A stretch of 64,000 bases of DNA from Halochromatium sp. (GTDB lineage Bacteria > Pseudomonadota > Gammaproteobacteria > Chromatiales > Chromatiaceae). The notes beneath the pieces were generated by a model. The model was given only the letters and a program-made list of their open reading frames with translations. It made no database searches and was not told the DNA's origin. Below are positions 49,816 to 59,929 of the stretch, in pieces. The DNA is taken from the NCBI GenBank assembly GCA_010912705.1, contig POWB01000024.1:7778-71777 (forward strand), given 5' to 3'. The position numbers were made by a program, and so were the translations under genes. Numbering within the stretch: the stretch's first letter is position 1; each line of letters starts with the position of its first letter.

Positions 49816-50640
49816 ATGGCCTTACTCAACCAGCCCGATCTCGATACCCTGAGTCAGCGTATGCGGGAGGTCGCACGTGACGAGCTCATGCCGCGCTTCG
49901 GCCAGCTGCCAGCGAACGAAAAGGCCGATGGCAGTCTGGTCACCGCAGCCGATTTGGCGGTTCAGCAACGCCTGGTCAGCATACTCGCGACAGACTGGCC
50001 GGACATCCCGCTCCTAGGCGAGGAAATGTCCGCTGCCGAGCAGCAGCGACTACTCAAGGATCAGGAAGCAGCGCTCTGGTGCCTAGACCCAATAGATGGC
50101 ACCAGTAATTTTGCCTGTGGCTTCCCAGGGTTTTGCATCTCCTTGGCGCTGTTGCGTGCTGGACAGGTCGAGCTGGGTGTCGTCTTGGACCCAGTCCGCG
50201 ATGAATGTTTCAGTGCCCTGCGCGGCCAAGGTGCGACCCTGAACGGAGCACCGATCAAACCCTATAGCCCCGGATCACAGCTCAGCGACTGCCTGGCGAT
50301 GATCGACTTCAAACGCCTGCCGAAAGCGCGTGTCGCCGGACTCTTTGGCGCTGATTCATTCCGCTCCCAGCGTAATCTAGGCGCCGTGGCGTTGGAATGG
50401 TGCTGGCTCGGTGCTGGCCGCTTCCAGCTCTATCTGCATGGTGGCCAAGGACTCTGGGATCATGCCGCTGGCCGTCTCATTGCCACCGAAGCCGGTGCCG
50501 CCACCCAATTATACGCGCCCGGCAGCACCCAACCGGAAGCGACCCTGACGCTCGCCAAGCGCATCGCCCTCGGCGCCGCCAACCAGCATCTGCTGCAGCA
50601 ATGGCAGACACGCATTGGACTGCCGCTCGGCAACCCCTAA
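49816..50640 (+). CDS. Inositol monophosphatase family protein
   Basis: KADGSLVT.AD, LGEE, WCLDPIDGTSNF, LWDHAAG. Confidence 0.92.
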   Translation: MALLNQPDLDTLSQRMREVARDELMPRFGQLPANEKADGSLVTAADLAVQQRLVSILATDWPDIPLLGEEMSAAEQQRLLKDQEAALWCLDPIDGTSNFACGFPGFCISLALLRAGQVELGVVLDPVRDECFSALRGQGATLNGAPIKPYSPGSQLSDCLAMIDFKRLPKARVAGLFGADSFRSQRNLGAVALEWCWLGAGRFQLYLHGGQGLWDHAAGRLIATEAGAATQLYAPGSTQPEATLTLAKRIALGAANQHLLQQWQTRIGLPLGNP

Positions 50641-50673
50641 GCGCAAAGCCCAGCCAATTCTAAAAACTAAACC

Positions 50674-50711
50674 TCATCCTTCATCCTTCATCCTTCATCC
50701 TTCATCCTTCA
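50674..50711. repeat. Heptanucleotide microsatellite (TCATCCT)x5
   Basis: Five perfect copies at 50674-50708 plus TCA, just upstream of the next RBS. Confidence 0.95.
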
Positions 50712-50727
50712 AACCAGAGGAATTCCA

Positions 50728-51171
50728 ATGTCCGAGCAGATCAGCAACCAAGATATGGACCTCAGCAGCGGCATCGCCGCGTTCGAATCGAAACAGTTCT
50801 CGCGCGCAGTGGGCCTGCTCGGTCCACTCGCAGAGGCCGGCCACCCGGAGGCTCAGTATCGTGTCGCCATCATGGCGCAGAATGGCCTCGGTATGGTCGA
50901 GAATCCGTTGCAGGCCTACAAGTACATGCGCGCTGCCGCCGAGGCCGGTCTTGGTCTCGCCCAACACGGGCTTGGCTTTATGTACATGGAAGGCGAGTGT
51001 ATCGATAAAGACGCGACCAAGGCGGTGGCCTGGTTCAAGAAGGCCGCCGAGCAGGGGCTGGCCGGCTCGCAGACCACCTTGGCGATGCTGTACGAGGAGG
51101 GGCGCGGCGTCGAGAAGGACCCCGAGGAGGCCCGCCGCTGGTATCATTTGGCGGGCTTCGACGACAAGTAG
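50728..51171 (+). CDS. Sel1-repeat protein
   Basis: AEAGHPEAQY, AQHGLGFMYMEG, AVAWFKKAAEQG, LAMLYEEGRGV. Confidence 0.9.
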   Translation: MSEQISNQDMDLSSGIAAFESKQFSRAVGLLGPLAEAGHPEAQYRVAIMAQNGLGMVENPLQAYKYMRAAAEAGLGLAQHGLGFMYMEGECIDKDATKAVAWFKKAAEQGLAGSQTTLAMLYEEGRGVEKDPEEARRWYHLAGFDDK

Positions 51172-51189
51172 GCGCGCCGATTGCCAGCC

Positions 51190-52248
51190 TCAACGACGCG
51201 CTCGCCGTCGCTCGCTGGCCTCGGCCAGCTGCTCTAGCATCGGTACCGTCTGCTCCCAGGCGATGCAGGCGTCGGTGATACTCTGGCCATAGACGAGCTC
51301 ACCGCCGGCGGTCAGATTTTGCCGCCCGCCTACCAGGTTGCTCTCGATCATGGCGCCATAGATACGCGCTTCACCGCGTGCGATCTGCCCGGCGACATCC
51401 TCAGCGACGCGCGCTTGCTTGTCTGGCTGCTTACGGCTGTTGGCATGACTGAAGTCGATCATGATCTTCGGCACCAGTCCCGAGTCTTGGATCGCCGTCG
51501 CGGCGATATCGACGCTCTCGGTGTCGTAGTTTGGTCGGCTGCCGCCGCGCAGGATGATATGAGTGTCTTCGTTGCCGGTGGTGGTGAAGATGGCCGAGTG
51601 TCCGTCTTTGGTCAGCGACATGAAGACGTGCGGCCGGGCTGCTGCGTGGATCGCATCGATGGCGACCTTGATGCTGCCATCGGTGGCATTCTTGAAGCCA
51701 ACCGGGCAAGACAGGCCTGAGGCAAGCTCGCGGTGGCCCTGGCTTTCGGTGGTGCGCGCGCCGATCGCCCCCCAACTGACCAGGTCGGCGATGTACTGCG
51801 GGCTGATCAGATCCAGAAACTCAGTGCCGGCTGGCATACCTTGGTCGTTGAGGTTGACAAGGAGTCGCCGCGCCATCCCGAGTCCCTTGTTGATCTCGAA
51901 GCTACCGTCGAGGTTAGGATCGTTGATCAGGCCCTTCCAGCCGACCGTGGTGCGCGGTTTCTCGAAGTAGACCCGCATCAGAATGAGCAGCTGGTCACTG
52001 AGCTGGTCGCGGACTTTGCGCAACTGTTGGGCATACTCAAGCGCAGCCGCCGGGTCATGCACCGAGCAGGGGCCAACCACAACCAACAACCGATCGTCCT
52101 CGCCATGTAAGATGTGCTGGATGGCCTGACGGGTCTCGTATACCGTTGCTGCTGCTGCATCCGTGATCGGAAACTCGGCGTGCAGGTCTTTAGGCGCGAT
52201 CACCTCTTTGATCGCACGAATGCGAAGGTCGTCTGTTTCGTAACGCAT
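51190..52248 (-). CDS. aroG: 3-deoxy-7-phosphoheptulonate (DAHP) synthase, class I
   Basis: VGPCSVHD, RVYFEKPRTTVGWKGLIND, GAIGARTTESQ, DFSHANS, YGQSITDAC. Confidence 0.93.
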   Translation of the reverse strand: MRYETDDLRIRAIKEVIAPKDLHAEFPITDAAAATVYETRQAIQHILHGEDDRLLVVVGPCSVHDPAAALEYAQQLRKVRDQLSDQLLILMRVYFEKPRTTVGWKGLINDPNLDGSFEINKGLGMARRLLVNLNDQGMPAGTEFLDLISPQYIADLVSWGAIGARTTESQGHRELASGLSCPVGFKNATDGSIKVAIDAIHAAARPHVFMSLTKDGHSAIFTTTGNEDTHIILRGGSRPNYDTESVDIAATAIQDSGLVPKIMIDFSHANSRKQPDKQARVAEDVAGQIARGEARIYGAMIESNLVGGRQNLTAGGELVYGQSITDACIAWEQTVPMLEQLAEASERRRARR

Positions 52249-52683
52249 GGTCTTCTATGGTGCGCGCTGCAGCGCATCCTCTGCTCTAAACGCATCATTA
52301 TGCCTGCCGGGATGCTCGCCTCGCCATGCGATTGACCTGGAATCGAACCTCAAAGGCGGCCATCCTGGGCAGGGAGAAGGCGAGGGAGCCTTGCGCCCAG
52401 GTAGAATGCGGCAACTTTCAGTTGTCAATGCTTGCTGCAGGGGTTTTTCGGCCTAATCTTTGCTGAAAATGCTAGCAGCTCTGCACGCCGCAGTTCGGCT
52501 GCGCAAATCGCAATCTGCGAGCAAGCTCGCTCTATGATGAGGCAGAAGCCGGCGCTCTAAGCGGTTCTGAAGTCTCGCTCCTCAACTGCCAAGCTGCCCT
52601 AGGCAGCAGTAAGCTCTTTGCATGATGTTATCCCGAACGCCACTCAACCTTGACCTCTCCCGCGCCAGCTCAAGGACTCGAGC

Positions 52684-53442
52684 ATGACCGATCGTCCGCC
52701 ACCGAAGCTCCGTAGCGATCAAGCCGATGGCCATCGCAAGCGTCGCCGCACACCTAAGCCTGTGGTGGCTGATCCTAACGACGAGCGCCATCTCGCGAGC
52801 CGCACCGACCCAGGCACGCCGAATCGCGCCAGTAAGAGCGCATCGGAACTCTCCGACTGGGCCGAAGAGATCTACACGGCGCCACCCGACAGCCAAGGGC
52901 GTCATGATGTCGATGCCAAGGTCACGGTCAGTACCCGCTTGCGCAAGCCCAGGGTGCATCTCATGGCGCCCACCACAGTGGCGCATATCGACCTCAAGCG
53001 CTACATGGGGCGCTGGTATGAGATCGCGCGGCTGCCTTACTTCACCCAGCGCCGCTGCACTCAAGACGTCACTGCCGACTACCTGCTCGGTGAGGACGGC
53101 ATGGTCTATGTCACCAACCGCTGCACCCATGCCGATGGCGGCCTTGGCACCGCCCAAGGCATCGCTCGGGTCACTGACCGCAACAGCAATAGTCGCTTTG
53201 AGATCAGCTTCCGCATGCTCTATGGCGTACATGTGCTCTGGGATCATTACTGGGTCATCGGCCTTGGTGCCGACTACGAATACGCCCTCGTCGGGCAACC
53301 CTCGCGCCGCCGTGGCTGGGTACTTGCGCGCGACCCCCAGCCCGCCGAAGCTTTAGTCGAGCAGTGGCTCGCTGAGTTCGCAGACAAGGGCTTCCCGGCT
53401 CAAGCCTTTGAGCGTACGCGGCAAACCGCGCAGCTGAATTGA
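52684..53442 (+). CDS. Bacterial lipocalin (Blc-like) with N-terminal extension
   Basis: DLKRYMGRWYEIARLP, VTADY, YWVI....DYEYALVG.PSR...WVLAR. Confidence 0.88.
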   Translation: MTDRPPPKLRSDQADGHRKRRRTPKPVVADPNDERHLASRTDPGTPNRASKSASELSDWAEEIYTAPPDSQGRHDVDAKVTVSTRLRKPRVHLMAPTTVAHIDLKRYMGRWYEIARLPYFTQRRCTQDVTADYLLGEDGMVYVTNRCTHADGGLGTAQGIARVTDRNSNSRFEISFRMLYGVHVLWDHYWVIGLGADYEYALVGQPSRRRGWVLARDPQPAEALVEQWLAEFADKGFPAQAFERTRQTAQLN

Positions 53443-53461
53443 TCGCATCGCCTGAAAAAGC

Positions 53462-53818
53462 CTAGGATGGTTTCTTCTTTCTAATGCTTTTACCTGCATA
53501 TCCTCGACGACGGCTACCAAGGTAATCTGATGGAAATCTGGACATGGTAAAGATATCCTTCTCGGCTTCTATAGTAGTCTCGTCTCCAATCTGTTCTTTA
53601 TCCGCATAATCAGACATGGCATTAATAAATCTTATGCAGAAATAGAAGGCACTGGTTATGGAAATAACGCTGATTAAAATGCTTATTTCCAGAGACAGCG
53701 CCGGTAATAACCAGTGCAGCAGATAGCCAATCAGGATGGCGCTGACCAACAGCACTAATAAAACCAACAAAAAGAGCAATAAAAAAGCAATAATCATAAT
53801 TAATACAAATATTTTCAT
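53462..53818 (-). CDS. AT-rich hypothetical membrane protein
   Basis: Two hydrophobic helices and a basic tail; composition clearly AT-shifted. Confidence 0.6.
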   Translation of the reverse strand: MKIFVLIMIIAFLLLFLLVLLVLLVSAILIGYLLHWLLPALSLEISILISVISITSAFYFCIRFINAMSDYADKEQIGDETTIEAEKDIFTMSRFPSDYLGSRRRGYAGKSIRKKKPS

Positions 53819-54000
53819 CAGCGATTAAAATTTTAGCTCAGTTGCACGACGTCCAGCGCCTTATCGAGCCGCTTAATCAGGCTGCTGCTGTCGAGAAGAG
53901 GGGGCTGGCGCTTGGCCTGCGCTATCAGCTTGAAGACCGGGTACTGCTGCAGGGGAATTAAGACCCTGGTCTTCGCTTGAGCGCGCAGGCGGTTGCCTAG

Positions 54001-54273
54001 CTAGTGTTTCGGCGGCACATAGCCCTCGGGCATCTCCGCTCCCTCGCCGAAGAAGTATTTCTCCATCTGCTCCTCAAGAAACTTGCGCGCCTTAGGGTCC
54101 ATTGGGCTCAGACGGTTCTCATTGATGAGCATGGTCTGATGCTTGAGCCAATCGGCCCAGGCCGGCTTGGAGACATTCTCGAAGATGCGCTGGCCAAGCT
54201 CGCCAGGATAAGGCGGCCGGTCTAGACCTTCGGCTTCGCGGCCGAGCTTTACACAGTTGACCATAGGGCTCAT
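54001..54273 (-). CDS. yggX: Fe(II)-trafficking / oxidative damage protection protein
   Basis: [24 protein letters not shown]...[14 protein letters not shown]; follows mutY. Confidence 0.95.
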   Translation of the reverse strand: MSPMVNCVKLGREAEGLDRPPYPGELGQRIFENVSKPAWADWLKHQTMLINENRLSPMDPKARKFLEEQMEKYFFGEGAEMPEGYVPPKH

Positions 54274-54357
54274 CGGGCTACTCCTGTCGTTTGCGCGCGC
54301 GGAAGCTGCGTGCGGCTATAGTTGTTGACTGTCGACCTCAGCGGCTGTACGAGGCCC

Positions 54358-55470
54358 TTAGCGACTCACTGCTCCCAGCGCGTTGAGCAGCGCGCGGATC
54401 GGTGCCGGCAGCCCTAGGGTGCCCGGCTGGGCCGGATCGATCCAGGCCGCGCCAGGCTCGCCGATCCGTTGCGGTTGCGATGCAAGGGTCACCAACAGCG
54501 GCCGCATCTCAAGCTGGAAGTGGCTGAAGGTATGTCGGCGCGGCGGCAGCATTTCAAGTCGCAGCACCGATGCTTGTAGCTGCGAACGGCACCAATCCTC
54601 GGCATCAGCCTCAAGGGCCAGCTCCGGAGGCGTCCAGAGTCCCCCCCAGACCCCGGTCGGCGGTCGCCGCTGTAACAGAATCTTTCCAGCGGGGTCTTGG
54701 GCCAGTAACAGTTGGGCAGCCCGCAAGGGAAGCTGCTTGCGCGGCTTCGGCGCCGGATACTCATGAACCCGATTCTGCGCCAACGCCTGACAGCAGTCGG
54801 CGAGCGGACAGCGGTCGCAGTCGGGACGCGAGCGGGTGCATAGCGTTGCCCCTAAGTCCATCATCGCCTGATTGAACTGAGCGGTCTGCTCGGCTGGGGT
54901 CAGCGCTGTGGCCAGCGCCCAGAGCTTGGCGAGCAGGGCGCTGCTACCGGGCCAGCCGGGGATCGCAAAGTAGCGCGCCAGCACACGCTTACAGTTGCCG
55001 TCGAGGATCGGCTGCTGCTGACCCAGCGCCAGCGAGAGGATGGCGCCAGCAGTCGAGCGACCAATCCCGGGCAGCGCCTGCAGGGCCTCGATCTGCGTTG
55101 GGAAGCGGCCTTGATGCTCAGCGAGGATACGCTGCGCTGCCCGGTGCAGATGACGTGCCCGAGCATAGTAGCCAAGCCCGGACCAGAGATGCAGCACCTC
55201 GTCCTGCTCGGCGGCGGCCAGGGAGGCGAGGTCTGGGAAACGCGCCATGAAGCGCTCGAAATAGGGGATCACCACCGCGACCTGGGTCTGCTGCAGCATG
55301 ATCTCCGAGACCCAGACGCGGTAGGCTGTCGCATCCTGCTGCCAGGGTAGATCTTGGCGTCCATGGCACTGAAACTAGCTGAGTAGGCGTTGGGCAAAGT
55401 CAAGCGCAGTGGCTGGGCTCGGTGTCGGCGTCGTGCCGGTCGCTTGCGGTTGACTGTGGTCTTGACTCAC
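54358..55470 (-). pseudogene. mutY: A/G-specific adenine glycosylase interrupted by a premature TAG at codon 32
   Basis: GTG 55470; [19 protein letters not shown]...[46 protein letters not shown]; TAG at 55375-55377. Confidence 0.88.
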
Positions 55471-57116
55471 AGCCCGAGCAACCCTGGTAGGATCAGGCGC
55501 AGTCCATCGCTAAGCCCTTTGATGCCAGTACGCTCCTCGAGCTCGTCGAGCAGGCCGTTGTCTTCACGCAGCGCACGCCGCGCGGCCGCATCGAGTGCGG
55601 CCCGGACATCGACATCCCAACGCGGGTCGGTCCAGGGGCCTCGGGCAGTGACCGGGATCGGGATGCCTTCCAGCTCTTTGATCCCACGCCCCTTGGGCGG
55701 CTTGGTCAGCATCGCCTGCAGGTCGAGTGCGATCTGCTGGGTTGTCAGATCGAGCTGGCCGCTGCCGTCGACATCGACAAAATGCGCGCGCAGCTGGATG
55801 TCTTGGCTCCTGAACTGCCCCTCTGCACCCTCGGCAGAGACTGAGAGCAGACTGAAGCGCGTCAGATGCTCGGCATCCTCCGGAGAGACGCCAATCGCCC
55901 CTATGGTGCCAGTGATTAACTGCTCGAGGTCGACCATGGTCACCGCGCCATCACGCACCACGAAGCTGACCTCGCCAGCAAGGGTGCGGATGATCGACGG
56001 CAGATCAGCGCCATGCGCCGATAGGTCGAGATCGATGTCAGCGCGACCGGTGATCGGCGCCTGCTTGCTCGCGCCAAGCGAGGCATTGCCCAGCAGGGCC
56101 GCCACATCGACGCCATTCGCGGTCGCCTGCAGCCACAGGTCGGTTCCTGTTGTCCGCGCCTGCCCATTGATCCGCAGCGTCTCGGCGACCAGGCTGAACG
56201 GAGCTATCGAGACAGACCCATTCAAGAGCTGGATCACCACCTCGGAATCGATCTCTGTCGGCGGACCTTGCCCGCCGGCACTGCGCCCAAAGCGCAGGTA
56301 CAACGGCCGCAAGGCGATCTCAGTGAGCGGATCGGCGGGAATGATCTTGGCCTCGGCTAGGCCCGGCGTCGACCAACCAGACTGATGATCAAGCATCAGG
56401 TCGAAGGTTGCATCCAGGCGTCCGATGCGGTCTGGCGCGATCGGACCGGCGGTCAGGTTGAAGGCGCGGAGGGCCGGCATCCAGCCTGCCCCCATCGTCG
56501 TCGCTAGCCCAGTCAGCTCGCCATCCTGGATTAGCAGACGGCGAATCGGCGGCAGCCTTACGCCTGTCGCCGTTTGTGATGGACCCTGTGCTAGCCCTTG
56601 TGGCTCGGCCCCGATTGCCAGCTGCTGGTTAGCACTGGTGACCGATCCCAGTTCAGCCACCGGCTCAGCATTCTGTACCAGCAACAGGAGAGGCTGAGGT
56701 TTGCCCCCAAGACTTACCGGGCTGTCGAGCAGAGGCTGGGGTACGCGAGGCGGCCATGGAGCACTGATCTGCGGCCGCTCGATTAAGACCTCAGCCAGAA
56801 TCAGACGACCAGTGACCAATGGCCAGATCGCAGCCTCTAGCTGGACGGAGTCGACGCTCGCCAAGATCGGTGACCCTGCAGCAAGGGTTTCGGAGACCAG
56901 CAGCCCATCAAGGCGAAGACGCGGGCTTGGCAACAGTCGCAACTGACCGATGGCGTCGATCTGTGTTGGCCGCCCCAGCGAGAGGCTGATATCGGCCTCG
57001 ATATCGCGCAGAAGCCGCGCTCTATCGATCAATAGCGGTGTGATCGCAGCTGCAGCAAGCGCCAGCATCAGCACCGCGAGGACGGAGCCCAGGCTCCACT
57101 TGATCCAGCTTGGCAT
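55467..57116 (-). CDS. AsmA family protein
   Basis: N-terminal TM; LGR...I......L.LLP.P; C-terminal IPIPVTARGPWTDP; asmA-mutY-yggX gene order. Confidence 0.85.
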   Translation of the reverse strand: MPSWIKWSLGSVLAVLMLALAAAAITPLLIDRARLLRDIEADISLSLGRPTQIDAIGQLRLLPSPRLRLDGLLVSETLAAGSPILASVDSVQLEAAIWPLVTGRLILAEVLIERPQISAPWPPRVPQPLLDSPVSLGGKPQPLLLLVQNAEPVAELGSVTSANQQLAIGAEPQGLAQGPSQTATGVRLPPIRRLLIQDGELTGLATTMGAGWMPALRAFNLTAGPIAPDRIGRLDATFDLMLDHQSGWSTPGLAEAKIIPADPLTEIALRPLYLRFGRSAGGQGPPTEIDSEVVIQLLNGSVSIAPFSLVAETLRINGQARTTGTDLWLQATANGVDVAALLGNASLGASKQAPITGRADIDLDLSAHGADLPSIIRTLAGEVSFVVRDGAVTMVDLEQLITGTIGAIGVSPEDAEHLTRFSLLSVSAEGAEGQFRSQDIQLRAHFVDVDGSGQLDLTTQQIALDLQAMLTKPPKGRGIKELEGIPIPVTARGPWTDPRWDVDVRAALDAAARRALREDNGLLDELEERTGIKGLSDGLRLILPGLLGL

Positions 57117-57138
57117 CAGCAACGTCCCTCAATGCAGT

Positions 57139-57450
57139 TTAGCGCTCCCGACCGCAGCGCCAACAGAGATCGAAGCTGCCATCAACCAGCTCGCCGCATC
57201 CACGACAGACCCATGAGCTTGCCGCGGCGCGGGCTTGGTTCTCGGCGAGCCAGTCGTTGAGCAAGGCTTGGGCACGGGGAAGGTCGGCGTCTTCAATGAC
57301 CCAGATGGTCGGATAGAGATCTGCGGGAAGCTCGCCGGCAGCCCCGGAGAGATAATCACCGAAGACACGGGCCTCGATCCGGTGGCGGTCGAGCAGGTCA
57401 TGCAGCAACTGTGCCTCGATGCGGTCGGCGGCTTGGTAGAGTTGCTGCAT
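57139..57450 (-). CDS. DUF2007 protein with C-terminal Zn ribbon
   Basis: MQQLYQAADRIEAQLL..LL....I; W.C..CGE.....FD.CW.CG. Confidence 0.85.
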   Translation of the reverse strand: MQQLYQAADRIEAQLLHDLLDRHRIEARVFGDYLSGAAGELPADLYPTIWVIEDADLPRAQALLNDWLAENQARAAASSWVCRGCGELVDGSFDLCWRCGRER

Positions 57451-57464
57451 GGCTTGGTGAGACT

Positions 57465-57538
57465 TGGAGCGGGCGATGGGAATCGAACCCACGTTAGAAG
57501 CTTGGGAAGCTCCTGTTCTACCATTGAACTACGCCCGC
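57465..57538 (-). tRNA. tRNA-Gly (anticodon CCC)
   Basis: GCGGGCGTAGTTCAATGGTAGAAC...TTCCCAA loop...GGTTCGATTCCC ATCGCCCGCT CCA. Confidence 0.97.
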
Positions 57539-57596
57539 CTGAACGATCGATTGTAGAGCCAGCGCCCGGCAACTGCAACGGCGCATTACATCATCC

Positions 57597-59417
57597 TTAG
57601 TGATGCTCTGAATACATCTGCTCGACAGCGTCCTTAAAATGCGCCAGCACCTGACTGCGCTTGATCTTCATCGTCGGCGTGAGCAGACCGTTATCGACTG
57701 ACCAGGGCTCAAGGGTCAGCGTGACTCGCCGCACCTTGGCATAGCCGGGAAAATCGGCCAGCGAATCACGAATCCGTTTCAGCATATCGCGCTGCAGCTG
57801 TGGATTGGACAGGCTCTCAGGGCGATCCGGATCGAGACCATGGTCGCGCGCCAGCCCCGGCCAAAGATCGCCGCTTAAGACCATGATCGCAGTAAGGAAC
57901 GAGCGTCCCTCACCAACGATCAGCAGCTGCTCGACCAGCGGGTCCAGACCAATGGTCATCTCCATGTCTGCCGGCGGCACCTTCTCGCCATTGGAAAGCA
58001 CCAGGATGTCCTTGATGCGCCCGGTGATGAAGACATGGCGATCCTCGATGCGCGCCTGATCGCCGGTCCGCAGCCAGCCATCGGTGGTGAACATGCGCGC
58101 AGTCGCCACATGATTGTTCCAGTAGCCGAGCATAGTGCAGGGACCCTTGACCTGTAGCTCGTCATCGGCACCGATGCGCACCTTGATACCGCGCAGCGGG
58201 ATGCCAACGCTATCGGGCCGATTGTCCTCGAGTGGGTTCACGGCCACCACCGGGCTGGTCTCAGTGAGGCCATAGCCCTGCACCAGCGGCAGCTCGAGCC
58301 CGATGAATAGCTTGGCAACGTTAAATGGCAGCGGAGCGCCGCCACTCACCGCCGCGCGCAGGCGACCACCGAGGCGTTCGAGCACCGGTCGCGCGACCTT
58401 GCGCCTTAGCCAGGGCCAGAGCAGCAGCAAAGGGTGCCAGCCACGCCGCCCTTGACGGCGCTCGAAGTCGATCCAGCCGACCTTTACCGCCAGCTGAAAG
58501 AGCGAGCGCAGCAGCTTGTGACGTCCTTCGAGCTGGTCTTGGATGCGCTGATAGATGCGCTCAAACACGCGCGGCACAGCGATGATCACGCTTGGACGGA
58601 TGGTCTGCAGATCATCGGCGAGCTGGTTGATCGAGCGCGCATAAGCCACTGTCGAGCCTGTCATCATCGGCAGGTAGTAGCTGCCCATGCGCTCGAGCAT
58701 GTGTGAGAGCGGTAGAAACGACAGGAAGACATCCTCCTGGTAGACATCGAGCATGGTCACGCTGGCATGCGCATTGGCCAGGATGTTCAGATGGCTCAAC
58801 ATCACGCCCTTGGGCCGCCCGGTGGTGCCGGAGGTGTAGACGATGGTGGCGAGTGAATTCGGATCAGCAACGCGCTGTGCCCAGGGCTCGCCGCGCGCCG
58901 GCAGCCAGCTCGCGGCAATCAGCACGCGCTCATCGTAGGTGGCGACACGGCGCGATTGCTCACTCTCTTCAAGGATGACCACGCGCTCCGGATAGCTCGC
59001 CTCGCCAATCGCTGGGGCCAAACGTTTCCAACGGTTGGCATCTTGGATCAGCAGCACCTTACAATCGGCATCCTGAAGGATGTGGGCGGCATTATCGGCG
59101 CGGTCGTCGGTGTAGAGTGGGACCGTGATCAGCCCGAGCGATAACGCGGCTTGGTCAAAGATGACCCACTCTGGACAATTGCGTAGCAGCACCGCAACCC
59201 GATCGCCTGGGCTTAGCCCTTCAGCGCTCAGCGCTTGGCGCCAACGCGCAATCTGATCCGCGGTCTCACGCCAACTGATGCTCCGCCAGCGGTCGCTAGC
59301 ACGATCGAACCATTGGTAGGCGATACGGTCTGGTGACCGGTGCAGGCGTTGATGAAACAGTCCATCAAGCGTGCCGGCACGCTCGACCGAGATGAGGTCT
59401 TCTGACCATGAATTCAC
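57597..59417 (-). CDS. Long-chain fatty acid--CoA ligase (AMP-dependent synthetase)
   Basis: YTSGTTGRPKGVML, FLPLSH, QGYGLTE, GWLRTGD, ITGRIKD, LTPTMKIKR; GTG start with GGAGGT RBS. Confidence 0.93.
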   Translation of the reverse strand: MNSWSEDLISVERAGTLDGLFHQRLHRSPDRIAYQWFDRASDRWRSISWRETADQIARWRQALSAEGLSPGDRVAVLLRNCPEWVIFDQAALSLGLITVPLYTDDRADNAAHILQDADCKVLLIQDANRWKRLAPAIGEASYPERVVILEESEQSRRVATYDERVLIAASWLPARGEPWAQRVADPNSLATIVYTSGTTGRPKGVMLSHLNILANAHASVTMLDVYQEDVFLSFLPLSHMLERMGSYYLPMMTGSTVAYARSINQLADDLQTIRPSVIIAVPRVFERIYQRIQDQLEGRHKLLRSLFQLAVKVGWIDFERRQGRRGWHPLLLLWPWLRRKVARPVLERLGGRLRAAVSGGAPLPFNVAKLFIGLELPLVQGYGLTETSPVVAVNPLEDNRPDSVGIPLRGIKVRIGADDELQVKGPCTMLGYWNNHVATARMFTTDGWLRTGDQARIEDRHVFITGRIKDILVLSNGEKVPPADMEMTIGLDPLVEQLLIVGEGRSFLTAIMVLSGDLWPGLARDHGLDPDRPESLSNPQLQRDMLKRIRDSLADFPGYAKVRRVTLTLEPWSVDNGLLTPTMKIKRSQVLAHFKDAVEQMYSEHH

Positions 59418-59521
59418 TGCGGATACCTCCCCGTTGAATTGCCAATCGCCCACCAATCCAGATATTGCCAGCCAAGGCCTCTAGCGACATCAACATTGTT
59501 ACGATCAGGAGTGTTTTACGG

Positions 59522-59722
59522 ATGCTAATCCAAGTCAATGGCAGCCCAACGACGATTCCGGACGCGATGCGCATGTCCGGCTTGATCGAGCATCTTGGGC
59601 TCACCGATCGTCGACTCGCGGTTGAGGTCAACCGCGAGCTCGTGCCGCGCAGCCGCTTCGCTGAGCATGAGCTCAGTGAGGGTGATGCAGTGGAGATCAT
59701 CCATGCGGTCGGCGGTGGCTGA
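59522..59722 (+). CDS. thiS: Sulfur carrier protein ThiS
   Basis: IQVNG...AVEVN..LVPRS...D.VEIIHAVGGG. Confidence 0.95.
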   Translation: MLIQVNGSPTTIPDAMRMSGLIEHLGLTDRRLAVEVNRELVPRSRFAEHELSEGDAVEIIHAVGGG

Positions 59723-59929
59723 GTAGGTCAGCCAAGGCGCAAGCAGACAATCCGCAGCGCCAATGGTCGCCCTGATCAGCTATCGTCTGAGAACGATGGG
59801 CCTATACCCGCCTGGCCAGGACGATGAGGCGCTAGCCTCGCTGCTCTAGAGATGATTTCCCTGCCATCGAGCAGCGTCTTCGCGCCAGTCAACAACCAGT
59901 CATAACCAGTTTCGGAACTCAATCCCCCA

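Noticed and set aside
57465-57538. tRNA-Gly as an integration site for an island
   Set aside because: No integrase or duplicated tRNA 3' end is seen; the flanks are housekeeping genes.
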